Shown here piece by piece: positions 62,757 through 64,000 of a DNA stretch of 64,000 bases. The stretch comes from a virus. Made by a program: the position numbers and the translations under genes. Under the pieces are notes generated by a model. That model saw nothing but the letters and a program-made list of their open reading frames with translations. It did no database searches and was not told the origin of the DNA. The stretch lies in IMG/VR virus record IMGVR_UViG_3300048088_000336, positions 1 through 64,000 of that record. One strand, written 5' to 3'. Positions within the stretch are counted from its first letter, which is position 1. Each line of letters begins with the position of its first letter.

Positions 62757-63043
62757 GAACGCGGCACCGGCGCGAACTCGCACCCCACGTGGTACTCGCC
62801 AGCAGCAGCGTGCGACCGACACCCCACACCCTTCGCGGTGCACGCCTTACAGATCCCCCACCGCACTGGGATCGGGTTCACCGCGTCGCGTGACCAGCCC
62901 CAGATCGAGCTGATGTGCCCGTTCGGATCCTCCCGCCACTCATGGCCACCGGAGTACACCCCGCACGACGGACACGGCAGCCAGAAGTACCCGCCCTGCC
63001 ACGCCCAATACCGGTGCACCCACCGGGGCAGTCTCAGTCTCAC
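62753..63043 (-). CDS. Zinc-binding hypothetical protein
   Basis: GYFWLPCPSCG..GGHE..CKAC. Confidence 0.7.
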   Translation of the reverse strand: MRLRLPRWVHRYWAWQGGYFWLPCPSCGVYSGGHEWREDPNGHISSIWGWSRDAVNPIPVRWGICKACTAKGVGCRSHAAAGEYHVGCEFAPVPRS

Positions 63044-63255
63044 GCGGACTCCTCTGGAGTGTTCCCGGCCGTCACAGGGTCGACCGGGGCATCCTGGGCG
63101 CCTACCGGTGTAGGGCCCTCAACATTGTCGGCGTACCACTGCGGGAACACCGCAGCGAGCCAGTCATAGATGGGTGTCGCCACAAAACCATTCGAGTCGT
63201 GCACCTGCTCGGACACCTCGGCGTCAGGGTGCGTGGCTGGGTCAGGGTTGGTCAT
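63040..63255 (-). CDS. Hypothetical protein
   Basis: SD GAGGAGG; coupled. Confidence 0.6.
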   Translation of the reverse strand: MTNPDPATHPDAEVSEQVHDSNGFVATPIYDWLAAVFPQWYADNVEGPTPVGAQDAPVDPVTAGNTPEESA

Positions 63256-63478
63256 CGGTCCTCCTCGACAACGCCCCCGACTGGTTGGTCATCACAGCCC
63301 ACAGCAGGGCCAGCAGCACACTGACCCGGCACTCCCGGCACCAATCCGGGTGGTGAATCCTCCCGTCCGGGCCCGACCATGTGACGTGCTGGGTTTCCAT
63401 GTTCTCAATGAGTCGGTTCAGTACCTCGATGTGTTCATCACGCTCAGCGAGCAACCGTCGGGTCGCCAGTTCATCCAC
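63242..63478 (-). CDS. Hypothetical protein
   Basis: Overlapping operon member. Confidence 0.55.
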   Translation of the reverse strand: MDELATRRLLAERDEHIEVLNRLIENMETQHVTWSGPDGRIHHPDWCRECRVSVLLALLWAVMTNQSGALSRRTDDQP

Positions 63479-63920
63479 GCCGGGCCGCCATTGCCAGCGC
63501 GGCGACCAGCAGGCACCCGTGGTGCAGGGCCTGATCGGCTAAGTACATGCCTTGGGGGAACGGGAACTTCACCGACCCACGGCGCGCGGCGAACGTGAGA
63601 TCCGCGAACCCCGGTGACCCCGTGGCATCCAGGACGGCCGCGACTGGCCAACGCCGGTCGATGAACGCGTGCGACGCGGCCGAGAGCACCGTGCCTGCCA
63701 GCAGTGACCACCGGTTGCAGCGCAGCCCGGTAGCGGCCAGCACAGAACTGACGGCGACGGCTTGCGCAGCCTGGTAGGTGGCGATGTGACCGGCCATCGC
63801 GGACCAGTCTTTCGTTTTCCGGTTCGCCTGATGATCAGTTTGAGCAACGTGATCACCCACGTTGTGGGCCGACCACAAAGTCGGCAGGATCACCGCGAAC
63901 GCCAGGGGGTCAACTCTCAT
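63471..63920 (-). CDS. DUF3307-like membrane protein
   Basis: AHNVGDHVAQT, GH, SHAFIDRRWPV, DQALHH. Confidence 0.8.
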   Translation of the reverse strand: MRVDPLAFAVILPTLWSAHNVGDHVAQTDHQANRKTKDWSAMAGHIATYQAAQAVAVSSVLAATGLRCNRWSLLAGTVLSAASHAFIDRRWPVAAVLDATGSPGFADLTFAARRGSVKFPFPQGMYLADQALHHGCLLVAALAMAARRG

Positions 63921-64000
63921 ATCGGTTCCTTCCGTTTCGGTACGAAAACAAGATCACAGATCGCGCTGGAGTCCCGGCGCACCATCACCGCGTCACCATC

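Overview
The window is about 64 kb of a high-GC actinobacterial phage or prophage with a contractile tail. The + strand carries almost the whole virion module. The head genes are an HK97-type portal, a MuF/gp7-like protein, a multi-domain head protein starting with a 2H phosphoesterase, a 3686-aa giant, an HK97-fold major capsid and an Ig-like decoration protein. These are followed by neck, tail sheath and tube, frameshifting chaperones, tape measure, baseplate, fibres, a GH25-like lysin and a holin. Two accessory islands interrupt the head module (about 3.1-6.8 kb and 22-27 kb); the second carries a secreted Rpf-LysM, a class F sortase and its likely substrate. The - strand arm (54.8-64 kb) has the terminase large subunit, a VRR-NUC nuclease and two tandem UvrD-like helicases. 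The most striking system is the giant, in which the prohead protease is fused in frame to about 3,400 aa containing a DarB-like adenine methyltransferase plus SNF2 helicase. It and the other head proteins have recurring (V/I/L)ExK or xxK-S motifs at domain boundaries that resemble HK97-type protease sites. This suggests a capsid-loaded, protease-released set of counter-defence cargo. A TnpV-like gene with its own SD is nested in the +1 frame inside the giant. Also seen are two recurrent promoter architectures and three structured intergenic regions, one of them a 145-nt RNA candidate with a 12-bp terminal helix ending in UCCA. No integrase, canonical tRNA, rRNA or CRISPR array was recognised. 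All family assignments come from motif recognition by eye, not database searches.
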